Positions 36,505 to 45,667 of a stretch of 64,000 nucleotides of DNA are shown in pieces (positions within the stretch are counted from its first letter, which is position 1; each line of letters starts with the position of its first letter). Location: IMG/VR virus record IMGVR_UViG_3300001460_000004, positions 1 through 64,000 of that record; one strand, written 5' to 3'. A program made the translations under genes and the position numbers. A model generated the notes under the pieces. It did not search any database, was not told the DNA's origin, and saw nothing but the letters and a program-made list of their open reading frames with translations.

Positions 36505-38010
36505 TTATGTAAAAACCTTAACGCCATACATTGTAGCAAATTCTTGAGCATCTGTTAAGTCATTTACTATGGGTTTGCCTTTAATATTTAAACTTGTGTT
36601 CAGTAACATTGGGCATCCTGTTTTTCGGTGCCACGCTTCGAGTAGTCTTCGTATGCCACTGCCGTCTGGAGCAACTGTTTGTACTCTACTTGTTCCGTCT
36701 GCGTGACAGATTGCAGGATACAAGTCTGGATGCTTACAGGTTGAGGTATACTGCATATAGTTGTTGTAGTATCCTTCAAAGTTATCACTTGCATATTCTT
36801 CTAGTATAACTGGAGCAAAAGGTCTAAATTCTTGTCTTCGTTTAATTCTGTTGACTCTGTCTTTGATGTCATGGCCACGAGGATCAGCAAGCAAACTACG
36901 ATTACCAAAAGCCCGCGGGCCAAACTCTGCTTTGCCGTTAGCAACTCCGCAGATGCCAGTCTCGGCAAGTTCCTTGACTGTTTGTAAAACTGGGTATTCT
37001 CCTTTTATGTCATATCCTAAAAATGCATGATCCATCTTCATGTGTTGTTTTTTATGTGCTAACACTGCTCCTACTGCACTGCCAGCATCACCAGGATTAG
37101 GCATAATCCATACTCGATCAAAGTAATCATATGCTATGCTATTAGCACTGCAATTTAATGCACATCCTCCCATTAAAACTAAGTTTTTACTGTCTACATT
37201 TCGTTGCATCCATATCAATGCTTTTCTAAACATATCTTCATACAGTTTTTGCGTTGCTGCGGCAATATCAAACATATCTTGTTCTGTATCAAGATCAGGA
37301 CGCCAGCGTTGACATCCTCTATGTAAATTTTCCCAAAACAGTGTAGCCGGTTCTTCGATATAAAATCTAGTAGCAACAGTACTAATCAGATCCCATCCTT
37401 CAACAACAAAATGTTCTTTTATATCATTGTATAATCTATTAGGATCGCCATACGCCGCCATACCCATAAGAATGTATTCATCTTCGTTTGGTTTTAATCC
37501 TATACGTTGAGTCATTGCACTGTACCAAAGTCCTATGCTGTGTGGATAACCTTGTGTGTAAACACGTTTTAGTTCCGTGTCTTTGGCTTCCCAGACTGTA
37601 AAGGTTTCAAATTCGCCAATGCTGTCAATACATATGACTGTAGCATCTCTAAAGTTACTAGTATAATAACCAGCGGCAGCATGACTAAGATGATGATCAA
37701 CACACTTAATAGGAGCATCGAGTTTGTAGCTTTTAAGATAACTTTTAATATTGTTTTCATTATACCTCCAACCCTGGCCTGCCCAAAGCTGTCTCAGTGT
37801 TTTTTTAAAAGGACGTTCATACCAAATGATTTCATCCGGTTCTCCCCATTGTTTAGCATAATCAATCAACGCTGTGTTTAAATGTGCATCATTCTTAACA
37901 CCGCTGAAACGTTCGCTGTGACTAGCAAATTCTAATCCGTCGTTGTTGAATACTGCTAGTGCAGCATCGTGGCTGTTGGCACTAATGCCCCAAGTTATTT
38001 TACTATGCAT
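36505..38010 (-). CDS. O-carbamoyltransferase (NodU/CmcH/TobZ family)
   Basis: HDAA, HHLSHAA, GGCALN, GDAGSAVG, EFGPRAFGNRS, RPFAP, LNTSLN. Confidence 0.95.
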   Translation of the reverse strand: MHSKITWGISANSHDAALAVFNNDGLEFASHSERFSGVKNDAHLNTALIDYAKQWGEPDEIIWYERPFKKTLRQLWAGQGWRYNENNIKSYLKSYKLDAPIKCVDHHLSHAAAGYYTSNFRDATVICIDSIGEFETFTVWEAKDTELKRVYTQGYPHSIGLWYSAMTQRIGLKPNEDEYILMGMAAYGDPNRLYNDIKEHFVVEGWDLISTVATRFYIEEPATLFWENLHRGCQRWRPDLDTEQDMFDIAAATQKLYEDMFRKALIWMQRNVDSKNLVLMGGCALNCSANSIAYDYFDRVWIMPNPGDAGSAVGAVLAHKKQHMKMDHAFLGYDIKGEYPVLQTVKELAETGICGVANGKAEFGPRAFGNRSLLADPRGHDIKDRVNRIKRRQEFRPFAPVILEEYASDNFEGYYNNYMQYTSTCKHPDLYPAICHADGTSRVQTVAPDGSGIRRLLEAWHRKTGCPMLLNTSLNIKGKPIVNDLTDAQEFATMYGVKVFT

Positions 38011-38110
38011 TGTCTATTGAATGTTGAAACATACGATAAGGTATACTACCTATTCCCATATAAGCAGTCCAAAATACTATGTTATATAAAATAATTTCTA
38101 TTTCTTCCAT
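38003..38110 (-). CDS. 35-aa membrane peptide (not in ORF track)
   Basis: MEEIEIILYNIVFWTAYMGIGSIPYRMFQHSIDNA; AGGAGG RBS; fills the operon gap. Confidence 0.55.
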   Translation of the reverse strand: MEEIEIILYNIVFWTAYMGIGSIPYRMFQHSIDNA

Positions 38111-38317
38111 TTACAACCTCCTTATTATTACTGTGCCATATCTTGGCCAGGATATTTCGCAACCAATTGTTTCGAGTGCATGTGTTACTAATTCAATCAT
38201 CTTATGGCTATTTCCGCATATAATAGTTAATGGTAACGCATGTTGATTTAAATACACAAAGTTTTCTACTTCGCGGTCAACTTGATAATGTCTTATGCCG
38301 TGCAAGTCTAATTGCAT
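38111..38317 (-). CDS. stand-alone Smr-domain protein
   Basis: LDLHG...IICGNS. Confidence 0.7.
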   Translation of the reverse strand: MQLDLHGIRHYQVDREVENFVYLNQHALPLTIICGNSHKMIELVTHALETIGCEISWPRYGTVIIRRL

Positions 38318-38883
38318 TACAAAACTTTAAGAATCTCAGTTACACCATTTGCTACATTTGTTTGCCATGTATCTGCTTGATGTGGCGTACCCACATAGTC
38401 GGTTATATATTTGTAGCATGTGAACTGTACATTCATTTGTTTGCATACATGTGCAATAGCATACGCTTCCATATCAACTACATCAATATTATTTTGTACT
38501 ACCCACTGCTCTAGTTCATGTACAAACTGATCACCTGTGCCTAATGTAAGACCGTGTTTCATGTCAGGCGAAAAATCCAAGTAAGGTAATCCTGCTTCAA
38601 ACGGCGTAACGCCTCTTGGTGCCTGTGGCTCTGCGTTCATATCACGCTGCACAAACTTGGTAATACGATACATACCTTGCAAGTCTTTGTTGCAACTACC
38701 AACTGTGCCGTAGTTGTATACTTCAGGATGAAAGCCCAGGCTGTGTGCTTCTGCAATAGCTTGTGTGGCTGCAAACGCTGCATTAACTTTGCCTACACCT
38801 GTGTACACTACTTTGTAGTCGCCCGGTGCTTGTTTGTAAGGCAGTTCTGCTTCTAGTGCAACTAATAATATACGATATCTCAT
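38317..38883 (-). CDS. mtnN: 5'-methylthioadenosine/S-adenosylhomocysteine nucleosidase
   Basis: TGVGKVNAA, GTVG, TGDQFV, VDMEAYA, KYITD. Confidence 0.9.
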   Translation of the reverse strand: MRYRILLVALEAELPYKQAPGDYKVVYTGVGKVNAAFAATQAIAEAHSLGFHPEVYNYGTVGSCNKDLQGMYRITKFVQRDMNAEPQAPRGVTPFEAGLPYLDFSPDMKHGLTLGTGDQFVHELEQWVVQNNIDVVDMEAYAIAHVCKQMNVQFTCYKYITDYVGTPHQADTWQTNVANGVTEILKVL

Positions 38884-39068
38884 TTGTAAATAAACGGATC
38901 TCTTTTACGTAACTGTTTTAGTTTTTTTCGATATGCAATATCAGATTTAATTTGTTGATATTGCTTTTTAATCCACTTAAACATTGATCGCTCCTTTCTG
39001 TCTGTTTTGTTTTTTTGAACAGTTTGTTCATAGTTCATTCGATCTTGCCTTTGTCGAGCTGTGGCCAT
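38880..39068 (-). CDS. small basic protein
   Basis: Coupled on both sides; ends RKKLKQLRKRDPFIYK. Confidence 0.6.
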   Translation of the reverse strand: MATARQRQDRMNYEQTVQKNKTDRKERSMFKWIKKQYQQIKSDIAYRKKLKQLRKRDPFIYK

Positions 39069-40132
39069 TATTTAAGTACCTCAATTTGTCGTTGTTTGTA
39101 GTCACGATCGTTCCATTTATATTGATAGACTGTACTCTTATTGCTAGTACTAATGCTATATACATCTAAATGATTTTGTAATACTGCCCATATTTGTTGG
39201 TAATCCTCAGTTCCAAAACTACGTTTTAAATCTACACTTGCAACTTGTGGATGACCTATTGTTAAACTTTTATCATTAGGATCAAAATTATTACGTACTA
39301 GCCAATTTTTAAATTCTGCAATCTCATCTTGTTGAAATTTATAACTACCAGGATCTCTTGCCCATTCAATGTCAAAGTCTGCAGCTGCTTCTGTTTGCGA
39401 TGCCAAGTTACTAGTTGTTAAGTTATCTATTACTGCGTCAGGGCCTTCGTCACAAAACACTTCCCAATGATGTTTTCCTACAGCTTTATTTACTCCAACA
39501 TATACACCGCCTAGCGGTCTATTTAATGTCTCAATCCCAAATAATTCATAGTCAGTAGCATCTAATTTAAATCTTGGTGCTTGCAGCCAACACATTAATT
39601 GACTAGGGCGTTGCCATTCCGGTGCTTGTACTTGTTTGCGATAACTTAATGCCCAACATTCAAATTCGTGACACAATAAATTTAATTGTCGTATGTGCCA
39701 ACGGGTTTCTGGATCAGCTTGTGTGTAGTAACTGCTTATGTTAGTACTACTACCTTGCAGTTTTTCAAAATGATAGTGCAATTGATTCATAGCATCATGA
39801 TTTGGACCTCCGGCAGCTGAGTCAGGCGCACGTTTACCTGGAATAATACAGTTCCCCCAACTATACACATCATCAATTGTATAGTCTAACTGGCTATTAT
39901 TAATTGCCTGGACACTGTTGTTAATTTCATTTATAATAAAATTTCCGTTACGGTCGTTGTTAGCAAAACCCATAAAACAATAATTTTTTTCTAATATTAA
40001 ATTAGAATCTATAACATTGTTTAATGATGTTAGCCATTTACGTGATAGTGTGTTGTCGTGTACATCAATGTGTACAGTAACAAAACTTTCACTATCCCAA
40101 TCTCTAAGTACTATGTTAATTTGATCAAGCAA
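39068..40132 (-). CDS. hypothetical protein in the modification operon
   Basis: NQLHYHFE, LNLLCHEFE, VGKHHWE conserved-looking His/Glu motifs. Confidence 0.7.
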   Translation of the reverse strand: MLDQINIVLRDWDSESFVTVHIDVHDNTLSRKWLTSLNNVIDSNLILEKNYCFMGFANNDRNGNFIINEINNSVQAINNSQLDYTIDDVYSWGNCIIPGKRAPDSAAGGPNHDAMNQLHYHFEKLQGSSTNISSYYTQADPETRWHIRQLNLLCHEFECWALSYRKQVQAPEWQRPSQLMCWLQAPRFKLDATDYELFGIETLNRPLGGVYVGVNKAVGKHHWEVFCDEGPDAVIDNLTTSNLASQTEAAADFDIEWARDPGSYKFQQDEIAEFKNWLVRNNFDPNDKSLTIGHPQVASVDLKRSFGTEDYQQIWAVLQNHLDVYSISTSNKSTVYQYKWNDRDYKQRQIEVLK

Positions 40133-41432
40133 TTGATTTCCACCACTCTAACAACTCATTATCTTGTTGTTGTAATATTTGTTCCATTCCATACGAATCT
40201 TTACGTATTTCTTCAAGTCTAAGTATTCTCTTTTTTCCTTTACTAAGTCCTTGTTGCCATTCATTAGGCCATTGTTCCATAAACACAGGTCTTGTTTTTA
40301 ACTGCTCAAGTGTATCAATTAATGTTTGATTGCTTAACTGTGGTATTATTTTATCAATTTGTAAGTGCAATAAATCTCGAGGTAAAGCCAAAGGACTTAA
40401 TATAATGTCAGGCGTGAAGCTGAATACTACTTTACTTAGTATTCCAACTCCAAGNTGATTAGCAAAGTNGTCAATGTTTACCATCTCAAACAATCCAGGC
40501 AATGTTAGTGTAAAATCTATACGCATCTGCCTGGGATGCTTGGCTAATTCAACTCCTTGTTTGAAGTTTTCTTTCCATTTTTCCCAGACGAGACCGGTTC
40601 TAATATATTCCCCAATTCGTCCAGTTCCGTCAATACTTGCACACACTTGCCAATCCCTAATTTTAGCAAGTATATCAGTATATAAGTTAATACCGCGATA
40701 TTCAATCCTACTAAGATTTGTATTGTATCTTGCATAAATGTTTGGTCCGTCTCCTAAATCAATTATTTGTTTCATGTACCGCCAATGCTGTTCATACATT
40801 AACGGTTCGCCACCTACCCAGTATATTTCTTCAATTCTATGCTCTTGTACTGCTTGTAAAAATTCAGCTTCAACTTGTGTGTCTTGGAACTTGCTAATTT
40901 GTTGACGAACTGACTTTTGCATCCAGTTATTTTTGGGATCATCCCAATTAACCATATTGTTTTGTTTTTGTTCTGATTCCCAACTACTGCTCAACATGTC
41001 GCCACACATTCGACATTTGAAGTTGCATAGATTACTAAAACGATAATCCCAACTAACTGGTTTTAATGTTGTATGCCCGTTTTCGTCAGTGTTCTCCCAT
41101 ATGCTTTCGTATTTTTGTTTAAACAAATGCCAAAAATAGTCCTTGTATACATCAGTATTTAACAACTTATTGTTACACACATCACACTCTGACAGTGTTT
41201 CCCCATTCATCATACGCTTTCGGACACTTTGCATATGATCACTATTCCAGTGTTGTTCTAGTGTCAATGGCTTGTATTCCCCAGTGCCACTTTCTGTATC
41301 AATATACTGCTCAAAATTTTGTGCAGGCTCTCTACTAGCACAGCACAATCTACGCTCAGTTTGTGGGCTAAGATATGTGTGAGTCCACGGTGCTAAACAA
41401 AGGCTTTCGGGTTTGATATCAGGAACCTTCAT
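40125..41432 (-). CDS. N-terminal twitch radical SAM enzyme
   Basis: CLAPW..CC..CDVC; CNFKCRMC; GGEP; SIDG..YIR. Confidence 0.93.
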   Translation of the reverse strand: MKVPDIKPESLCLAPWTHTYLSPQTERRLCCASREPAQNFEQYIDTESGTGEYKPLTLEQHWNSDHMQSVRKRMMNGETLSECDVCNNKLLNTDVYKDYFWHLFKQKYESIWENTDENGHTTLKPVSWDYRFSNLCNFKCRMCGDMLSSSWESEQKQNNMVNWDDPKNNWMQKSVRQQISKFQDTQVEAEFLQAVQEHRIEEIYWVGGEPLMYEQHWRYMKQIIDLGDGPNIYARYNTNLSRIEYRGINLYTDILAKIRDWQVCASIDGTGRIGEYIRTGLVWEKWKENFKQGVELAKHPRQMRIDFTLTLPGLFEMVNIDXFANXLGVGILSKVVFSFTPDIILSPLALPRDLLHLQIDKIIPQLSNQTLIDTLEQLKTRPVFMEQWPNEWQQGLSKGKKRILRLEEIRKDSYGMEQILQQQDNELLEWWKSIA

Positions 41433-42630
41433 AAGCAATAGCCTTTGCAAATTCACTATGATGCGTTGCTAGGTTTTGTTTGCGGCGATTGTCTAATAAT
41501 GCAACTTGCTCTCTTAATACGTTGCCATCCAAACTGTTGCCGCCTTTAATAAAATCAATAATTCGATCAAATTCCAAACGGTGAGACTTGCTCACTTTAG
41601 CACTGCGTAGGTTGTCTATTGCTAATTTTTTTGCATACTCTGGCAATGTGCTTATACTAAAATAATAGGCTTCGTGCATCATATTCCAATAAACAAAATC
41701 AAATCCTTGTTGATCAATCCAATTGGCAAGACCTTCGAGATAAAAAATATTAAATACATTTACCGTACTACACACTTGCAACTGTAAATTTGGCATAGTT
41801 GTTTTAAGATCAACATAACGACTTATGTTATGTTGTACTTCTTTCCATACTGCATTAGTGCGTTGATATTCAAATCGCTCGTTGAGGTCGTCAATACTAA
41901 ATGCAATTTCAACTGTTTTAAAATGTTTCCAAATTTCTGGGCCTTGCTTTGGATATTGTGTTCCATTAGTATTATAATGTATTTCTACATTTTTTGCAAC
42001 CCCTTTTTTAACAATACTTGACAAAAGATCAAAATGTTCTTGAATCATAAACGGCTCGCCGCCTGTAAATTCAATGTATTTGATATCATCAACTATAGTG
42101 TCCATTTGTTCCCAAAAAGTTTGACTTTTTCTTGGCCATGCACCTTTTTGTAACATAGTATGATGAAAACTTCCTTTGCGTTCTGCTTTATTTGTAAACT
42201 TTAATTCTTCTGCAGCAAATTGACTACTGCTCCAGCTACCGCATATACGACATTTTAAGTTACATATATTTCCAAGTTTTAAATCTAAAAACTGTAGCCC
42301 TTTACTTTTGTTGGTCCATTCTGTATCTGGTATTACATGCTTTAATCTGTCTAATGTGTGCATCCTCTTACTTGTACGCCCACTTGCTTCTTCATTCCAA
42401 CATTTACGACAGGTTGGTGGTTTTTCTTTGTTTAAAAACTCCTCACGCAACTTAGTCATATAATTACCATCAAGTACGTTGTTGAGATCAGCACTTTGTA
42501 AATCAAATTTATTACCGTTGCTGTCCGTTATTTCATCTTCTGCTAAACAACACGGGCGTAAACTTCCAATTGGACTAGTTTCTAAACTAGTCCAGGGTAA
42601 CACACAAAAATTATCGTGTGGTATTTTCAT
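41419..42630 (-). CDS. N-terminal twitch radical SAM enzyme
   Basis: CVLPW..PCC..CRKCW; CNLKCRIC; GGEP; TNG. Confidence 0.93.
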   Translation of the reverse strand: MKIPHDNFCVLPWTSLETSPIGSLRPCCLAEDEITDSNGNKFDLQSADLNNVLDGNYMTKLREEFLNKEKPPTCRKCWNEEASGRTSKRMHTLDRLKHVIPDTEWTNKSKGLQFLDLKLGNICNLKCRICGSWSSSQFAAEELKFTNKAERKGSFHHTMLQKGAWPRKSQTFWEQMDTIVDDIKYIEFTGGEPFMIQEHFDLLSSIVKKGVAKNVEIHYNTNGTQYPKQGPEIWKHFKTVEIAFSIDDLNERFEYQRTNAVWKEVQHNISRYVDLKTTMPNLQLQVCSTVNVFNIFYLEGLANWIDQQGFDFVYWNMMHEAYYFSISTLPEYAKKLAIDNLRSAKVSKSHRLEFDRIIDFIKGGNSLDGNVLREQVALLDNRRKQNLATHHSEFAKAIAYEGS

Positions 42631-44333
42631 CGTATTACTTCCAACTCTGGTAAAATATCTAATGCACCCTCTTTACGTAATACATCAAGTTGATCAGTTC
42701 TACGCCAAAATTCTGGAATTAAATGACTGTGATCTCCATTTTTTAAAAAGTTAATAGCACTTTCAAATCCAACTGTTGCCCTGTTTAGTTTATCGTGGGG
42801 TCGTAACCATTCTAAATGTTTTTCATAACGATCAATCAATTCTTTTTTAACATTGTTGGGTGCAATGTCAATTCTAAAATGTGCAGGATCTTGTAGGCAA
42901 TTTACATTCAAGTCTTGATGTCTAATATATCCTTTTTCNACCCAGCTTTTATGAAAATCAGTAATGTGCCAAGCATTCATTATGCTAAGTGTGGGACTGA
43001 CGTAAAAGTCTACATTTGGGCAAACTTTCATCATTAATTCCCTGTTTCGTTCTACCACATCCCATTTAGTACCTTTACGTATGTACTCGGCTTGCGGGCC
43101 CATTCCGTCTAAACTTGCTCCTACTGCTACACTATCAAATTTTTTCCAGTAATCAAACACTTCTCGATCTTTTAGTTTAGTATGTGTAAAGTTTGTATTG
43201 TACACAAGACGCACGTCAAACTTTCCTCGCTTTTCAAGTTCATCTAAAATATTATAATGTTCTTTCATCATCAGTGGCTCGCCACCTGCAAAGTAAATTT
43301 GTTCTACAAATTCTAAGTGTGGTTCTAATTGCTCCCACATATCCATTTCAGTACGACCAGCATAGTTAAGTACCTGATTTTGTTTTTTCCATTCAGGCCC
43401 GGCTAGTGCAGCTTGATCTTTATACCAACTACTACTAAAAATATGCCCACAACTTCTACAACTCAAATTACACAAATTGCTAAATCGAATATCCCAATAG
43501 GTCATTTCAAATTTATCAGCTGACCCATCTGATTGAGTAGCTAATGCACGTTCAATATGATGCCCGTGGTGTTTGTTTGCACTTTTTCTACCACTAAAAA
43601 ATCCACTGTTTTCACTCTCATAGCAACGCACACATGCTTTGCTTGGTTTTTCATTTAGCATGTTATTGCGTATTTCACGCATGCCAGGTCCATTCCAAAT
43701 TTCTTCAAGTGTATTTTCTTTTGTGTTTCCTACATCACCATCATGTTCTGCCATACAACAAGGATATGCACCGCCAGTAGGCCATGCATGCAAATGTACC
43801 CAAGGATACATGCAAAACATTTTACTTTCGTCTAATAAAAAGTTCTCACGATTGCTTAATTGTTTTAAATCTATTTTAAGAGGATTAGCACTTCCATATT
43901 CGTATATTTCTTTTTCACTAAGTGGATGTTTGTTTATTTTATGTTTTTTCCATCCTTCATCGATGCATGCTTTTACAGTAATTGGAACTTCGTCTGAACT
44001 CATAGCTTTCAGTAATTCAAACTCGTCTCCAATATGAGGATTTGATGAAAGTAATATTACAAAAAAATTACTAATGTCTTGTTGATTTAATTCATTTTGT
44101 AAATTTCGTAATACTAAACCAACTTTACTGTTTGGTGTGTATAAATCTCCTGTACTATGTTTGACAATAATGCGATCTTTATTTTGATACTTGTCTTTTC
44201 GTATCGATGCAATAGTATTAGCTAGAGCTGTTTGTGAACTTTCGTAATCTGTAAAGTCCCAAACATCTAAATCAATTCGTCCAACAATGTTGTAAACTTT
44301 TTCTAAGTCATTTAGTCTGTTTATTATTTTCAT
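42627..44333 (-). CDS. twitch radical SAM enzyme with an extra ~170-aa N-terminal domain
   Basis: CMYPW..PCC..CVRC; CNLSCRSC; GGEP; SLDG..YIR. Confidence 0.93.
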   Translation of the reverse strand: MKIINRLNDLEKVYNIVGRIDLDVWDFTDYESSQTALANTIASIRKDKYQNKDRIIVKHSTGDLYTPNSKVGLVLRNLQNELNQQDISNFFVILLSSNPHIGDEFELLKAMSSDEVPITVKACIDEGWKKHKINKHPLSEKEIYEYGSANPLKIDLKQLSNRENFLLDESKMFCMYPWVHLHAWPTGGAYPCCMAEHDGDVGNTKENTLEEIWNGPGMREIRNNMLNEKPSKACVRCYESENSGFFSGRKSANKHHGHHIERALATQSDGSADKFEMTYWDIRFSNLCNLSCRSCGHIFSSSWYKDQAALAGPEWKKQNQVLNYAGRTEMDMWEQLEPHLEFVEQIYFAGGEPLMMKEHYNILDELEKRGKFDVRLVYNTNFTHTKLKDREVFDYWKKFDSVAVGASLDGMGPQAEYIRKGTKWDVVERNRELMMKVCPNVDFYVSPTLSIMNAWHITDFHKSWXEKGYIRHQDLNVNCLQDPAHFRIDIAPNNVKKELIDRYEKHLEWLRPHDKLNRATVGFESAINFLKNGDHSHLIPEFWRRTDQLDVLRKEGALDILPELEVIR

Positions 44334-45667
44334 AGTGTATTGTACCATTCGGATATTTCTGGGAATGTGTCCTGGAAATTCTTATCACGACGAACATCAT
44401 ATTGTGAAAAGAAATGTTTGAAGTCGTTGTGTAATTTGGGCATATCAAAACTATCACTATGTGGAGTTTTAACCACGTCCAAATAATCAATTAGTCTTTG
44501 TGTATGATTAATTTCATGTTCGTGTATAATATCATCGCGGTGTGAATACTTGTCTAACCAATTTTGCAATCTTTCTTTAAATCTTGTTCTCAAATAATTA
44601 GGCATTATCAAAGCACTTTGAAAACTAGGAAAACGTAATATATTAAGTGTGAAATTAACTCTTTCCTTTCCATATTGTTCTTTTAATGTTACCATCTCAT
44701 CTAAGTATTCAGGTAAACTTTCTAAACACAATGCATTAATTGTACACATACTGTGTACTGCGGTTAACTTACTGTTTAACAATACATGCATATTATCTAT
44801 CCATTGTTGATAATCTAATCCATCACGTATGTATTCAGCTTGGGTACCAACAGCTTCACAACTGGTATAAATTTCTACACTAGGAAGATCCTCTGTAGCA
44901 TCTAAAAACTCTTGAACTTTTTTAGTATCAAAGCCTAGATTGCTATTAATTGCTAATTTTGTTTTTGACTTGCCTCTATTTTCTTTAAACCATTCTATTA
45001 ACTTCCAAGTATGGCCACTCATCAATGGTTCTCCGCCTGTAATACGTAGTTCATCTAACGTGCGATGTAAGTCACTTTCCCACCATTTAAAAAATGCTTC
45101 AATATAAGGATTTGTTTCAGTATATTTATACAGCTGACTACTGGCATGCTCATGAGTAAAATGGTTTCTACCATCACTAGCAAGTTCTGTATAAGCACCG
45201 TTTTTCTTAATGTCTTTGACCCATGTTGTGCTAAACGCTGGGTTACAGTAGCTACATGCAAACTGACATGTCCTATCAAATGCAATTTCTAATGTTTTTA
45301 AATTAACATCTTCTTCAACTGGGGTTTGATATGCTTGTATTAATTCTTGCTCAGGATAAATTTTACTCTTATATACACGATCGCTTATGTTGTTGCGATC
45401 AATATCTTCAATTTTCCAACAATACTCACAACCTTTTGGACGCTTACCGCATTTCATTAAACGCCTATCGTCTTTCTTTTCTGGTGTATTGTGCAACATT
45501 TTTGGATTTTCAATCACAGCATTTACATCAATTTTATGTGCAGGCGGATGATGGCAACTAGTTGTCATCCCACTTCCTAACCATATAGTAGCGTTATACC
45601 ATTTTGCACCGCAAAATGAAGGACTTATTTTATCAAGTACTTGCTGGCGAAATTCAAGATCATTCAT
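44330..45667 (-). CDS. N-terminal twitch radical SAM enzyme
   Basis: CGAKW..SCHHP..CEYCW; CQFACSYC; GGEP. Confidence 0.93.
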   Translation of the reverse strand: MNDLEFRQQVLDKISPSFCGAKWYNATIWLGSGMTTSCHHPPAHKIDVNAVIENPKMLHNTPEKKDDRRLMKCGKRPKGCEYCWKIEDIDRNNISDRVYKSKIYPEQELIQAYQTPVEEDVNLKTLEIAFDRTCQFACSYCNPAFSTTWVKDIKKNGAYTELASDGRNHFTHEHASSQLYKYTETNPYIEAFFKWWESDLHRTLDELRITGGEPLMSGHTWKLIEWFKENRGKSKTKLAINSNLGFDTKKVQEFLDATEDLPSVEIYTSCEAVGTQAEYIRDGLDYQQWIDNMHVLLNSKLTAVHSMCTINALCLESLPEYLDEMVTLKEQYGKERVNFTLNILRFPSFQSALIMPNYLRTRFKERLQNWLDKYSHRDDIIHEHEINHTQRLIDYLDVVKTPHSDSFDMPKLHNDFKHFFSQYDVRRDKNFQDTFPEISEWYNTL

